Positions 42,898-53,900 of a stretch of DNA of 64,000 nt are shown in pieces. Origin of the DNA: Desulfovibrio sp. (GTDB lineage Bacteria; Desulfobacterota; Desulfovibrionia; Desulfovibrionales; Desulfovibrionaceae); NCBI GenBank assembly GCA_031272715.1, contig JAISTH010000079.1:2805-66804 (forward strand). Reading direction: 5' to 3'. Below the pieces are notes generated by a model. That model did no database searches, was not told the DNA's origin, and saw only the letters and a program-made list of their open reading frames with translations. Numbering within the stretch: position 1 is the stretch's first letter; the number at the start of each line of letters is the position of its first letter. A program made the translations under genes and the position numbers.

Positions 42898-43908
42898 ATG
42901 AATCTCGCGAAACTCCCCCGCCGGGGCTACGTCCAGACCCCGACTCCCATCGAGTTCCTCCCCAACTTCTCCAAGGCGCTGGGCGACAAGGTCAGGATCT
43001 TCGTCAAGCGCGACGACCTGCTGCCGGGATGCGGCGGCGGCAACAAGACCAGGAAGCTGGATTTCTGCCTGGCGGACGCGATGCTGCAGGGGGCCGACAG
43101 TGTCATCACCTGCGGCGCGGTGCAGTCCAACCACTGCCGCCTGACGCTGGCCTGGTCGGTGAAGGAGGGGCTGGACTGCCACCTGGTGCTGGAGGAACGG
43201 GTCAAGGGAAGCTATCGCCCCGACGCCCTGGGCAACAACTTCCTCTATCGCCTGCTGGGCGCGACGGGGATCACCGTGGTGCCGGGGGGATCCGACATGT
43301 CCGCCGAGATGGAGAAGGTCGCCGACGCCCTCAGGAAGAAGGGGAAAAACCCGTACATCATCCCCGGAGGCGCCTCAAGCGCCCTCGGCGCCCAAGGATA
43401 CGTCGCGTGCGCCCAGGAACTGCTGGAACAGCTCTTCCGCATGGGGCTGGACGTGCACACCGTCGTGCTCCCCAGCGGCAGCGCCGGCACCCACGCCGGC
43501 TTTCTCGCCGGCCTCGTCGGCTGCAACGCCGGGATCCCCGTCCTCGGCATCGACGTGAGCCGTCCCAGGGCCGTCCAGGAGGCCCTCGTGCACAGTCTGG
43601 CCAACGAGGCGGCGAAACTCGCCGGGATGAACGGGACCGTCCCCAGGGACGCCGTGAAATGCGACGACGCCTACGTGGGAGAGGGGTACTCGCTGCCCAC
43701 CGCGTCCATGACCGAGGCCGTGAAGCTTCTCGCGCGCACCGAGGCCATCCTGCTGGATCCCGTGTACACCGGGAAGGCCATGGCAGGCCTGATAGACCTT
43801 GTGCGCAAGGGCGCCTTCCCCGAGCAGGCGAACCTGCTCTTCCTCCACACGGGCGGCTCCCCCGCCCTCTATGCCTACCCCGACACGTTCCTCAAGGATG
43901 GGGCATAG
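42898..43908 (+). CDS. PLP-dependent D-cysteine desulfhydrase / D-cysteate sulfo-lyase (CuyA-like)
   Basis: KRDD...GGNKTRKL, QSNHCR, SGSAGTHAG, DPVYTGK and HTGG. Confidence 0.9.
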   Translation: MNLAKLPRRGYVQTPTPIEFLPNFSKALGDKVRIFVKRDDLLPGCGGGNKTRKLDFCLADAMLQGADSVITCGAVQSNHCRLTLAWSVKEGLDCHLVLEERVKGSYRPDALGNNFLYRLLGATGITVVPGGSDMSAEMEKVADALRKKGKNPYIIPGGASSALGAQGYVACAQELLEQLFRMGLDVHTVVLPSGSAGTHAGFLAGLVGCNAGIPVLGIDVSRPRAVQEALVHSLANEAAKLAGMNGTVPRDAVKCDDAYVGEGYSLPTASMTEAVKLLARTEAILLDPVYTGKAMAGLIDLVRKGAFPEQANLLFLHTGGSPALYAYPDTFLKDGA

Positions 43909-43954
43909 CTCGGCGGACGCGCCCCAGAGAAGCGGACGCCCCCCGGAGAGCACC

Positions 43955-44665
43955 ATGAACGGCCGTCACGAACGCATCGCCGGCATCCTCGGCGGCATGG
44001 GCCCCGAGGCGACCGTGGATCTCATGCAGCGCATCATACGGAACACGCCGGCTTCGGACGACGCGGACCACGTGCGCTGCCTCGTGGACCTGAACCCCAA
44101 GGTGCCGTCCCGCATCAAGGCGCTGATCGACGGCGACGGGGAGGATCCCGCCCCGGCCATGATCCGGATGGCGCAAGGACTCGAGGCGAGCGGCGCGGAC
44201 TTCCTGGCCATCGCCTGCAACACCGCCCACCACTACCATGGCAGGGTGCGCGACGCCGTCGGCATACCCGTCCTCGACATGGTCTGCCTCGCCGTCAGGG
44301 CGGCGAAGGCGCGGATGCCCGCCGGAGGGTCCGTTGTGGGCATTCTCGCATCCCCGGCCGTGCGCATGGTGCGTCTCTACGAAGAGGCGATGCGCGCCGA
44401 GGGGTTGCGCCCCCTCTACCTCGACCCCCCGGACGAGGACAGGCTCTTCGCCGTCATCAAGGCAGTCAAGCAAGGGGACACGGGGCCGGCCCGGCGCGCG
44501 GAGCTTTCCGATGCCGTCGGCAGTCTGCAGGCCCGGGGGGCGGACGTGTGCCTCGTCGCCTGCACGGAACTCAGCGCGTTGCTGGAGGGGGAGGACGACC
44601 GCATCGTCGATGCCGCCGAGACGCTGGCCAGGGAGATCGTGCGGAAGGCGAAAGGGGGAACGTGA
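43955..44665 (+). CDS. Asp/Glu racemase family protein (CuyB cysteate racemase-like)
   Basis: GILGGMGPEAT; both catalytic Cys motifs ACNTAH and ACTEL present. Confidence 0.9.
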   Translation: MNGRHERIAGILGGMGPEATVDLMQRIIRNTPASDDADHVRCLVDLNPKVPSRIKALIDGDGEDPAPAMIRMAQGLEASGADFLAIACNTAHHYHGRVRDAVGIPVLDMVCLAVRAAKARMPAGGSVVGILASPAVRMVRLYEEAMRAEGLRPLYLDPPDEDRLFAVIKAVKQGDTGPARRAELSDAVGSLQARGADVCLVACTELSALLEGEDDRIVDAAETLAREIVRKAKGGT

Positions 44666-45426
44666 GGGGCAAGGTGGAGAGACGGTCCGGGAGCGCCCCA
44701 TCCTGATGTCGGCAACCGAAAAGACTTTGCGTGGCGATGCCAAGCTTTGCGTTGTGACAAGGGATATGACGATGGAGCAGTCCGATGTACCTTCTTTGGG
44801 GAGAACGCTCCAGGGGAGGGGCGACAGGCCCCATCCCATGTGGAAGCCAACTTTACAATGTTCGGGTTTTCATCATGAAGCATTTTTATCGTGCTCCATG
44901 AAGTTGGCGTGTGATGCAGGTGAACGTCCCGCCTAGCTAAAGATCAGCCACCACACAGGCATTCTGATCACCACTGTAAGATGGCACCTGTTGAAGCACA
45001 GCTCGTTGAGGACGATGGGTGTTGGCCCGACTGAGGAGACGGATCTGGTAGCGACGAAAGGCCCTTTACTGCGACAAGTAATGATGACTCGGCACTGGCA
45101 TTTTCCGCGCACTGAAGGCTTGGCCAGACATCGAATTCATTGACGACAGGGACGCCAATACGTTCACGGCCATCATACGCAGGAAACCCATTGACATCGC
45201 ACGGCATTGACCCATTTCGTGCTGACCAAAACGGAAACTTGTCTTCTATTCATGTTAAGACAAAAACTTGCGTGCCATGAGATGCAAAATGGAAGCGCAT
45301 AACTGTCAAACATAAAAACAGAGGTATCCCCCCGCCGCACAACCTCGCCGCAGCAACGCCCGGGCGGCATCGGTCCCTTTCCCGATGCCGCCCGCACACC
45401 TGCACTCCGAACTCTGAATCCGCAGC

Positions 45427-47799
45427 CTACTCGATCTTGAAGAAGCGCAGACGCAGCGCGTTGCACACCACCGAGAAGGACGAGAGCGCCATGGCCGTCC
45501 CCGCCACCATCGGGGACATCATCGGCCCCCCGAAGACGTGGAGGAGACCCGCCGCCACCGGGATGCCAAGGATGTTGTACCCGAAGGCCCAGCCGAGATT
45601 CTGGCGTATGTTGGCCATGGTGGCCCGGGAAATGGCGATGGCGGTCAGCACCGCATCCATCCCTCCCCGCATGAGGACCATGTCCCCCGCCTCGGCGCTG
45701 ACGTCCACCCCGCCGGCAACGGCCATGCCGACGTCGGCGACGGCCAGCGCAGGAGCGTCGTTGATCCCGTCCCCGACCATCCCCACACGCTTCCCCCCTT
45801 CCTGAAGACGGCGCACGGCGTCGGCCTTGTCCCCGGGCAGCAGTCCCGCCTCAACGCGGGCGACGCCGAGTCGGGCCGCGACTGCGGACGCCGTGGCCTG
45901 GTTGTCGCCGGTGAGCATGACCACCTCCATCCCGAGACGCCCCAGGGAGGCCACGACCTTCGCGGATTCCGGGCGCACGCCGTCGGCGAGGACGAGGATG
46001 GCCGAGGGATGTCGGCTCTCCCCGAGGATCATGAGCAGAGGGGTCTTCCCGCGGATGCCCAGTTCCTCGAGGCGCGTCCGCACCGCCGGGGAGGGCGGCG
46101 CCCCGAGCCCGGCCGCGAAGGCGGGGCTGCCCAGGGCGACGCGACGCACGCCATCGCCGGTCCTGACGTCCCCGGCGATGCCGAGACCCGGGCTGACCGC
46201 CACCTCGGTCACCGATGCGTCTCCGGTCTGCTGCGCAGCATCCCGGATCGCCCGGGCCAGGGGATGTTCCGATCGGCTCTCGAGGGCCGCCGCGACGGCC
46301 ACCACCCCGTCCCGGTCAAGTCCGTCCACCTTCGGGACCTCCAGACCCTCCCCGTCCAGCAGCAGGACGTCCTCCAGCTCCGGACGCCCGAAGGTCAGGG
46401 TGCCCGTCTTGTCCACGGCCAGGGCGTCCAGCCAGGATGCCTGCTCCAGCGCCGCGCCGTTCTTCACAAGCACCCCGTGGGACGCGGCGACCCCGGTCCC
46501 CACCATGATGGCCATGGGCGTGGCGAGCCCCATGGCGCAGGGGCAGGCCATGACGAGGACGGCCACGAACACCCCCAGCGCCTCGCTGAAGGACACCCCC
46601 CCGAACAGCAGCCAGGCGGCCCCGGCAAGCAGGGCCACCCCCATGACCGCCGGCACGAAATGGCAGCTCACCCTGTCGGCGAGCCTCGCTATGGGCGCCT
46701 TGCTCCCCTGGGCCTCCCGCACCAGCCGCACGATCCGGGCGAGCTGGGTGTCCCGGCCCACTCTGCGCGCCTGCAGGACCACCGCCCCTTCGCCGTTGAC
46801 GGCCCCGGCCACGAGGTCGTCTCCGGGGCCGCAGGCCACGGGCATGGACTCCCCCGTCATCAGGGAGAGGTCCACGGAACTTTCCCCGGACACCACCACG
46901 CCGTCCACGGGGATGCGCCCCCCCGGTCGCACGAGGACCAGATCCCCGACGACGATGGCGCCCACGGGCACCTCCTCGGGATCGGCGTCCCGCTCGTCCC
47001 GAAGCCGCAGGGCGGTGGGCGGGCACAGCCGCACGAGGGATCCGATGGCGTCCGCCGCCTTGCGCCTGGCCCCGGCCTCGAGGTACCGGCCAAGCTCTAT
47101 CATGGTCAGCAGCACCCCCACGGACTCGTAATAGACGTTGTGGGCCGCGCCTATGGCCCCGAAGCCGACGATCCCGATCAGGGTGTAGCCCAGGCTGTAG
47201 AGGAAGGCCGCGCCGGTCCCGAGGGCCACCAGGCTGTCCATGGTGGGGGACAGGCGACGTATGGCCTCGGCCCCGTCCTTGTAGAAATGGCGCCCCAGCC
47301 ACACCGTGGGCAGCGTCAGCCCCAGCTGGACGAGGAGGAAGGTCCTGGGGGCCGAGAAGGGATCCAGGAACTCCGGCATATCCATCCCCGCCATGTGCCC
47401 CATGGCGAGAACGAGCAGGGGGAGGCTGAAGCATGCCATGACGAGCAGCCGGCGAAGGCGCAGATCCTGCTCCTCCGCCTCACGCAGGGCCTGCCGGGAC
47501 GCCTCGGCCTCGTCCGCATCCCCCGACGCCGGGGTCGCCGTGAAACCCAAAGCCGCCACCCGCTCCGGCACCAGCCTCGCCACGGCCTCCTCCATCCCGG
47601 GACGGGGCCACACCCTGGCGCTGGCGGTGGCGAGATTGACGCTCGCCCTCTCGATCCCCTCCATCCCCCCCAGCACCTTCTCGATCCTCGCCGAGCAGGC
47701 GGCGCAGTGCATGCCCGCGACGTCGAAGGACAGGAACCCCGCCGTCCCGACTTCCTCTTTCGGGTGTTGACGATCTTCGCCCGTGGTCTTAGTCTTCAT
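45427..47799 (-). CDS. copA: Copper-translocating P1B-type ATPase
   Basis: N-terminal GMHCAAC, TGES, CPC, DKTGT, SEHP, GDGINDAPAL, YN and MALSS. Confidence 0.95.
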   Translation of the reverse strand: MKTKTTGEDRQHPKEEVGTAGFLSFDVAGMHCAACSARIEKVLGGMEGIERASVNLATASARVWPRPGMEEAVARLVPERVAALGFTATPASGDADEAEASRQALREAEEQDLRLRRLLVMACFSLPLLVLAMGHMAGMDMPEFLDPFSAPRTFLLVQLGLTLPTVWLGRHFYKDGAEAIRRLSPTMDSLVALGTGAAFLYSLGYTLIGIVGFGAIGAAHNVYYESVGVLLTMIELGRYLEAGARRKAADAIGSLVRLCPPTALRLRDERDADPEEVPVGAIVVGDLVLVRPGGRIPVDGVVVSGESSVDLSLMTGESMPVACGPGDDLVAGAVNGEGAVVLQARRVGRDTQLARIVRLVREAQGSKAPIARLADRVSCHFVPAVMGVALLAGAAWLLFGGVSFSEALGVFVAVLVMACPCAMGLATPMAIMVGTGVAASHGVLVKNGAALEQASWLDALAVDKTGTLTFGRPELEDVLLLDGEGLEVPKVDGLDRDGVVAVAAALESRSEHPLARAIRDAAQQTGDASVTEVAVSPGLGIAGDVRTGDGVRRVALGSPAFAAGLGAPPSPAVRTRLEELGIRGKTPLLMILGESRHPSAILVLADGVRPESAKVVASLGRLGMEVVMLTGDNQATASAVAARLGVARVEAGLLPGDKADAVRRLQEGGKRVGMVGDGINDAPALAVADVGMAVAGGVDVSAEAGDMVLMRGGMDAVLTAIAISRATMANIRQNLGWAFGYNILGIPVAAGLLHVFGGPMMSPMVAGTAMALSSFSVVCNALRLRFFKIE

Positions 47800-47897
47800 G
47801 AAGTCCCCCTCGCTGTGCCGGACGCCTCGACTATACTCCATACGGACGACGGCGTCCCATCGTCCAGACCGTCCAGACGGCCCAAGGAGGTGCCACA

Positions 47898-48098
47898 ATG
47901 CCCACGCTCAGGATAGACGGCATGCATTGCGACCACTGCAAGGCGGCCGTGGAGAAGGCCGCGGCGACCGTTCCCGGAGTCGGCAGACCAGTTGTCGATC
48001 TCGGGAAAGGCGAGCTGCGCTACGAAGAGGACGGCACCGTGGATACCAAGGCCCTTGCCGCAGCCGTAAACGCCCTGGGCTTCACGGCCCGGCCGTAG
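47898..48098 (+). CDS. copZ: Copper chaperone (HMA domain)
   Basis: GMHCDHC; divergent from copA; RBS AGGAGG. Confidence 0.9.
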   Translation: MPTLRIDGMHCDHCKAAVEKAAATVPGVGRPVVDLGKGELRYEEDGTVDTKALAAAVNALGFTARP

Positions 48099-48165
48099 TG
48101 TCCCGCGTCCACGCGCGCCAACCGCTCCCCCGCTCCGGGAGCGCGAGAGTCACCGACGTCCCCGA

Positions 48166-49587
48166 ATGACGAAACATCCCATGCGCCGATCCCTGTCCCT
48201 CGCCCTGTTCGTCCTGCTCGCCCTCGCCACGGCCGCCTCAGCCGCGCGGCCGCACAAGGGCCGTCTCGACCTCGACTTCACCACCGTGCGCCTCGGACAT
48301 CCGTCGCAAACGGTGCTGGTGGTGGGAGGCATCCAGGGGGACGAGCCGGGGGGCTTCTCGGCCGCGACCCTCCTCGCCACGCGCTACACCATCCTCTCCG
48401 GCGCCATGTGGGTCGTCCCCAACCTGAACTTCCCCAGCATCATCAAGCGCTCACGCGGCCTCTACGGGGACATGAACCGCAAGTTCGACCGCATCAAGAG
48501 CAACGATCCCGACTTCCCCAAGGTGCGGCGCATACAGGAGCTGATCCGCCATCCCGACGTGGCCCTGATCCTCAACCTCCACGACGGCAGCGGCTACTAC
48601 CGCGCCGAATACCAGGGCCCCCTCTTCAACCCCTCCCGATGGGGGCAGTCGGTCATCATCGACCAGGAGACCCTGGAGGAGACGCCCCTGGGCAACCTGC
48701 TGGAGGAGGCCCAGCAGGTCTGCGACCACGTGAACACCAAGCTCAAGGCCCCCCATCACCGGTTCCACGTGCACAACACCCGCACGGCCGAAGGGGACAG
48801 GGAGATGGAGAAGAGCCTCACCTACTACGCCGTGCGGCACGGCAAGGCCGCCTTCGGCCTCGAGACCAGCAAGGAGTTCCCCGTCGAACTGCGCACCTAC
48901 TACCACCTGCTCATGGCCGAGGCCCTGCTGGACATGGCGGGGGTCACCTTCCAGCGGGACTTCGCCATGACGCCGGAGGGGGTGCGGGAGGCGCTCCGGT
49001 CCAACCTCGAGGTGTCCTTCGCCGACAACCGGATATTCCTGCCCCTGGACGACATACGGCCCACCATCCGCTTCCTCCCCCTGCCGAAGGGGGCCAGGGC
49101 CGTGACTTCCAAGCCCATCATGGCCGTCCTGCCCTGCCTGGACGGGCCTGAGGGGCTGTGCATCCACTACGGCAACCGGACCATCGCGAGGATCCATCCC
49201 GAATGGCGCGAACTGGACCACGACATCTCCGGGGTGCGCCTCGTCGTGGACGGCGAGGAGCGGGACGTGCCGTTCGGCGGCATCGTGCCCGTCTCGAGGA
49301 CCTTCAAGGTGCTCCACAGGGACGGCTACCGGGTGAACGCCATCGGCGCCGACACGGGAAGGCGCGACGAAAGCGGCATCGCCTTCGGCCACGACAGCTT
49401 CCTGCCGAAGTACTCCCTGGACAGGCAGGGAAGGATCTTCCGCGTGGAGGTCTACAGGAACCAGCATTTCTCCGGCATGTTCCTCGTGCGGTTCGAAGGG
49501 CCCGCCGTCCGCCTCGGAGCGAAGGGAGGGGGCCGGACCGGACACTTCCCCGACAGGGCGGGCCCCGAAAGCTCCCTGGGATACTAG
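48166..49587 (+). CDS. M14/M99 peptidoglycan carboxypeptidase, Csd4/Pgp1-like
   Basis: Signal peptide; GIQGDE (QxxE), DMNRKF, LHDG and KSLTYYA..AFGLE. Start may be 48181. Confidence 0.82.
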   Translation: MTKHPMRRSLSLALFVLLALATAASAARPHKGRLDLDFTTVRLGHPSQTVLVVGGIQGDEPGGFSAATLLATRYTILSGAMWVVPNLNFPSIIKRSRGLYGDMNRKFDRIKSNDPDFPKVRRIQELIRHPDVALILNLHDGSGYYRAEYQGPLFNPSRWGQSVIIDQETLEETPLGNLLEEAQQVCDHVNTKLKAPHHRFHVHNTRTAEGDREMEKSLTYYAVRHGKAAFGLETSKEFPVELRTYYHLLMAEALLDMAGVTFQRDFAMTPEGVREALRSNLEVSFADNRIFLPLDDIRPTIRFLPLPKGARAVTSKPIMAVLPCLDGPEGLCIHYGNRTIARIHPEWRELDHDISGVRLVVDGEERDVPFGGIVPVSRTFKVLHRDGYRVNAIGADTGRRDESGIAFGHDSFLPKYSLDRQGRIFRVEVYRNQHFSGMFLVRFEGPAVRLGAKGGGRTGHFPDRAGPESSLGY

Positions 49588-49725
49588 CCGGGCCCGGATT
49601 CTTGACCCGTCCGCGACGCCGCCCGTCCACGCCCCGGCGTCACGCCCCCGCGGACCTCGTCCCGACACCTTCGCGCGGACCGGCAGCCGGCCGTTCCGCC
49701 TCGCCGACCAGGCAAGGACCACGCC

Positions 49726-50721
49726 ATGGGCAACGAGTCATCCATCACCGTCGCAGGCGGAGGCAGCTGGGGCACGGCTCTCGCCCACCTCCTCGCCGAA
49801 CGCCATTCGGCAACCCTCTGGCTGCGGGATCCCGACGTGGCCGAGGCAATCAGCAAGGACCACGTCAACCCCCGGTATCTCCCCGGCCTCCCCCTGCATC
49901 CCGAACTCGTCGCCACCACCGATCCCGCCGCCCTCGCGGCGGACATCCTGGTGCTGGCCATCCCCATACAGCGGCTCCGGGAGTGGCTGCGCGCCAACCG
50001 CAAGAACCTCCGGCCGGGGCAGATCGTCGTCAACGCCGCCAAAGGCATGGAACTGGACACCCTTTCCCTCCCCGCCACCGTGGTGTCCAGCGAGATCCAG
50101 AAGCCGGCCCCCCCGTACGCCACCATCTCCGGCCCCTCCTTCGCCAGCGAGGTGGTCCTCGGCTCCCCCACCGCCGTGGTGCTGGCCAGCCGGGACGAAG
50201 CCCTCGCCAGGGACCTGCGCAACCGCTTCGCCACCCCCGTCTTCCGCTGCTACTCCAGCAGCGACTGCAAGGGCGTGGAGCTCGGGGGGGCCATAAAGAA
50301 CGTCATGGCCATCGCCGCCGGGCTGTGCGACGGACTGGAATACGGGCACAACAGCCGCGCCGCCCTCGTCACCCGGGGCCTCGCCGAGATGAGCCGGATC
50401 GGCCGGGAATGCGGAGCCAGGCAGTACACCTTCATGGGGTTGTCCGGATTGGGGGACCTGCTCCTGACCTGCACCTCGGACCTGTCCCGCAACCGGCAGG
50501 TGGGGCTCGCGCTGGCGCGGGGCGAGTCCCTGGACCAGGTGACGGGGCGTCTCGGGATGGTCGCCGAGGGGGTCGCCACCACCGCCGCCATGCGCAAGTT
50601 CGCGCGGATCCGCGGCCTGCGCGCCCCCATCGTCGAGGCCGTGCACTCGATCCTCCACGGGGGCCACGACCCCCGCCAGGTGGTGAAGGAGCTGCTGGCC
50701 CGCACCCTCAAGGAGGAATAA
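49726..50721 (+). CDS. gpsA: NAD(P)H-dependent glycerol-3-phosphate dehydrogenase
   Basis: GGGSWGTALA, ISGPSFA, GAIKNV, GLGDL.LTC..SRNR and EG. Confidence 0.96.
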   Translation: MGNESSITVAGGGSWGTALAHLLAERHSATLWLRDPDVAEAISKDHVNPRYLPGLPLHPELVATTDPAALAADILVLAIPIQRLREWLRANRKNLRPGQIVVNAAKGMELDTLSLPATVVSSEIQKPAPPYATISGPSFASEVVLGSPTAVVLASRDEALARDLRNRFATPVFRCYSSSDCKGVELGGAIKNVMAIAAGLCDGLEYGHNSRAALVTRGLAEMSRIGRECGARQYTFMGLSGLGDLLLTCTSDLSRNRQVGLALARGESLDQVTGRLGMVAEGVATTAAMRKFARIRGLRAPIVEAVHSILHGGHDPRQVVKELLARTLKEE

Positions 50722-50765
50722 ATTCTCCCGACAGGTGCATTTTTCCGCTTGGCAAGAACCGCAAC

Positions 50766-50783
50766 TCTTGCTTATAAGTAAGA
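50766..50783. promoter_or_regulatory. AT-rich palindrome upstream of the coo operon (candidate operator)
   Basis: TCTTGCTTA|TAAGTAAGA, an 18-bp dyad with one mismatch. Confidence 0.45.
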
Positions 50784-50984
50784 TTCGTCTTAAAAGGGTT
50801 TTCGTCCGAACCGAGAAACCGCTGACGTCCTCCCGAAGCATCCCCGGCGATGCCGCCGCGACCCCGACGCCCCACGGGCGCACGGTCCGCGACTGCGCCC
50901 TGCCGGAGAAGGCCGGCGAAGGGACGGGCCGGCGCGGCGCACTTCCCTCCCCGGTCCATCGGGGTACTTAGCGCGGGGTGATCC

Positions 50985-53900
50985 ATGAGCGTACCTTTGT
51001 TTTCCACGCAGGCGTCGATGTTCCTGCTCCTCCTCGGAGTGGCTCTCATGCTCGCGGGGGCCTACCGCGCCGTGCAGCATCGGCGCGATCCCAGGATTTT
51101 CATCATCTACGGCCTCATGCACGACGTCGGGGTCGTCTGTCTCGGCCTCGCCGTGCCCAGCCCCCTGGCCTCCGCCGGTCTCTGGCTGTACGTCCTCTTC
51201 CAGCTGATCACGCGGGGACTCGCCCTTGCCGGCTGCGCCCCCCTCGTCGCGTCGCCCGTGCCCGCCGACTACATGCGGTTGCGGGGCGTCGGCCACGGCT
51301 CGGCCGCAGGGGCCCTCTTCGCCCTCGGCCTTCTCGCCGCGGTGGGCGGCTCGCCCTTCCTCGTCCCCGAGGGACGCACGCTGCTGGTCAAGGGCCTGCT
51401 CACCCTCGAGGGCTGCGGCGGCATCACGGTCCTGATGATCCTGGCGTGCACTCTCACCATCTTCATATGGCTCAGCGTCGATCTCGTGCGCCACATGGTG
51501 CTGGAGAAGCCCGCCGACGCCGATGCCGGCCAGGCGGCCCCGCGGTGCACGACCCTCATGTGGGTCCTCGCCGCGGCGACGGCCCTCATGGGCCTCGCCC
51601 GCACGCCCATCGCCGACATCGCCGGACGCCCCTACGGCGTCGTCCTCGAGCACGCGACCACGAATCCCGCATTCGCCGTCCTCTACCTCGGCGCCCTGGT
51701 CGTCGGCATCGCATGTCTCTTCCGCGCCCGCATCGCGCCCACCATAGGCGTCTGCGCATCGGCGCTTTCCCTGGTCCTCGCGGTGGCGTTCGACGCCCCG
51801 CCCCTGAGCCGCTTCTTCCTCATCGTCCTCACCCTCATCGGCCTCGTGGTGAGCGTGTACTCCCTGGGGTACATCCGCCACAACGTGGGCAGATACTGGT
51901 TCTTCCTCCTGCTGACCTTCGCCTCCCTCACGGGCATCGTCAGCGCCGACGGACGGGACGCCCTCTACGGCTACTGGGAGCTGATGACCTTCGCCTCCTA
52001 CTTCCTCGTCGTCCACGAGGAGAACAAGACCGCCTACGACGCCGGCCTCAAGTACTACGTCATGTGCGCCGGCGGCGCCCTCTTCATGCTCCCCGGGCTC
52101 TTCCTCCTGGACGGCCTCGCCGGGCCGCTGGGGATGAAGACCGAAATGATGCCCTGGGTCCAGCTGGGCCTCGTCCTCACTCTCGTGGGACTCGCCGTCA
52201 AGGCCGGCCTCGTGCCCCTGCACTCGTGGCTGCCCGACGCCCACCCCGCCGCGCCCTCCTCGGTCTCCGGCCCCCTCTCCGGCGTCATCACCAAGATGGG
52301 GATATTCGGGATCGTCAGCATCGTCTTCATCCAGGGGAACTTCGGCGTCGCCCAGATGCCGGGACTCTTCGGCCTCTCCTGGTTCGGCACCGGCCTCGTC
52401 GTCATGGGGGCCGCGACCCTGATCTACGGCGAAATCATGGCCCTGTGCCAGGACGACATAAAGCGCATGCTGGCGTATTCCACCCTGGGGCAGCTCGGGG
52501 AGGTGACCCTGGTCCTCGGCATGGGGACCTGGCTCGCCACCACCGGCGCCCTGTGGCACGTACTCAACCACGCCGTGATGAAGGACCTGCTCTTCCTCGG
52601 CGCCGGCGCCCTGATCCTCAGGACGGGGAGCCGGAGCCTCAAGGACATGCGGGGCCTGGGGCGCATGATGCCCTGGACCACCTCGTGCATCGCGGTGGGT
52701 CTCGTGAGCATCATGGGACTCCCGCCCTTCGGCGCCTTCTACAGCAAGTACCTGATGATCCAGGCCGCGGCCCAGGCCGGGCACCTCTGGATCGCCGCGC
52801 TGATCCTCGCCGGCTCCCTCGTGGGGGCGATCTACTACACGCGCATCCTGCGCACCCTGGTCTTCGAGGAACGTCCCGCGAGCCTGCCGAGGGTCCACGA
52901 GGCCCCGGCCTCCATGCGCTACGCCCTGGCAGTCCTCGCCGTCGCCAGCCTCGTGCTCTGCCTCGTCCCCCAGATACCCATGCAGCTGCTCTCGTCGGCG
53001 GCCTCATACTGCTTCAGGCCCGACGCCGTAGACGCCAGCATCCTCAACGCCCTGTCCATCCCGTGGCCCATCTACGTGGTGGTTCCCATCTTCGGCGCCC
53101 TGATCCCCGCCGTCCTCGCCTCCGACCGCAAGAAGGCGGGCTGGTCCAGCGTCATCGTGCTGCTGCTCACCGCCGTCCTGGTCCTGCTCTTCGGCACGGC
53201 GATGGACACCCTCTCCTACTGCTTCGCCATCATCGTGCCCACGATAGGCGCCATCAACATGGCGTACGCCGTGGGCTACATGGAACACAGCCACACCCAG
53301 TGGCGCTTCTTCGCCGCCTTCACCTGCATGTGCGGCGCCCTCGTGGGGGTGGCCGCCAGCCGCTACCTGCTCGGGTTCTTCCTCTTCTGGGAGATCATGA
53401 GCTCCTGGACCCTCTACATGGCCATCGCCCATGAAGGGACCGCCCCCTCGTTGCGGGAGGCCTTCAAGTACTTCATCTTCAACATGGCAGGCGCCGCCTT
53501 CATCTTCCTCGGCATCTGCGTCCTCGGCCCGACGACCCCCTTCATGGCGGGGCTCACCTCGGGCTATTCCCCATCCCTCACCCCGACGACCACATGGCTC
53601 GGCATGAGCCTGCTGGCCATCGGCTTCGTGCTCAAGGCGGCCCAGCTGCCCATCCGCATCGACTGGCAGATGCACCCGGCCCTGGCGCCGACGCCCGTGT
53701 CGGGCTACATCTCCTCGGTCCTGCTGAAGTCCGCCATCGTGGCCCTGGTGAAGCTCCTCGCCCTGCTGGGCGGCGCTCTCGCCGTCACGGGCCTGATGAC
53801 GCCCGTGCACATGGACGTCATCAACGTCGGCGTCATGTGGATCGGCGCCATCACCATCATCTACTCGGGCCTGAAGGCCCTGCAGGTGAACGGGCTCAAG

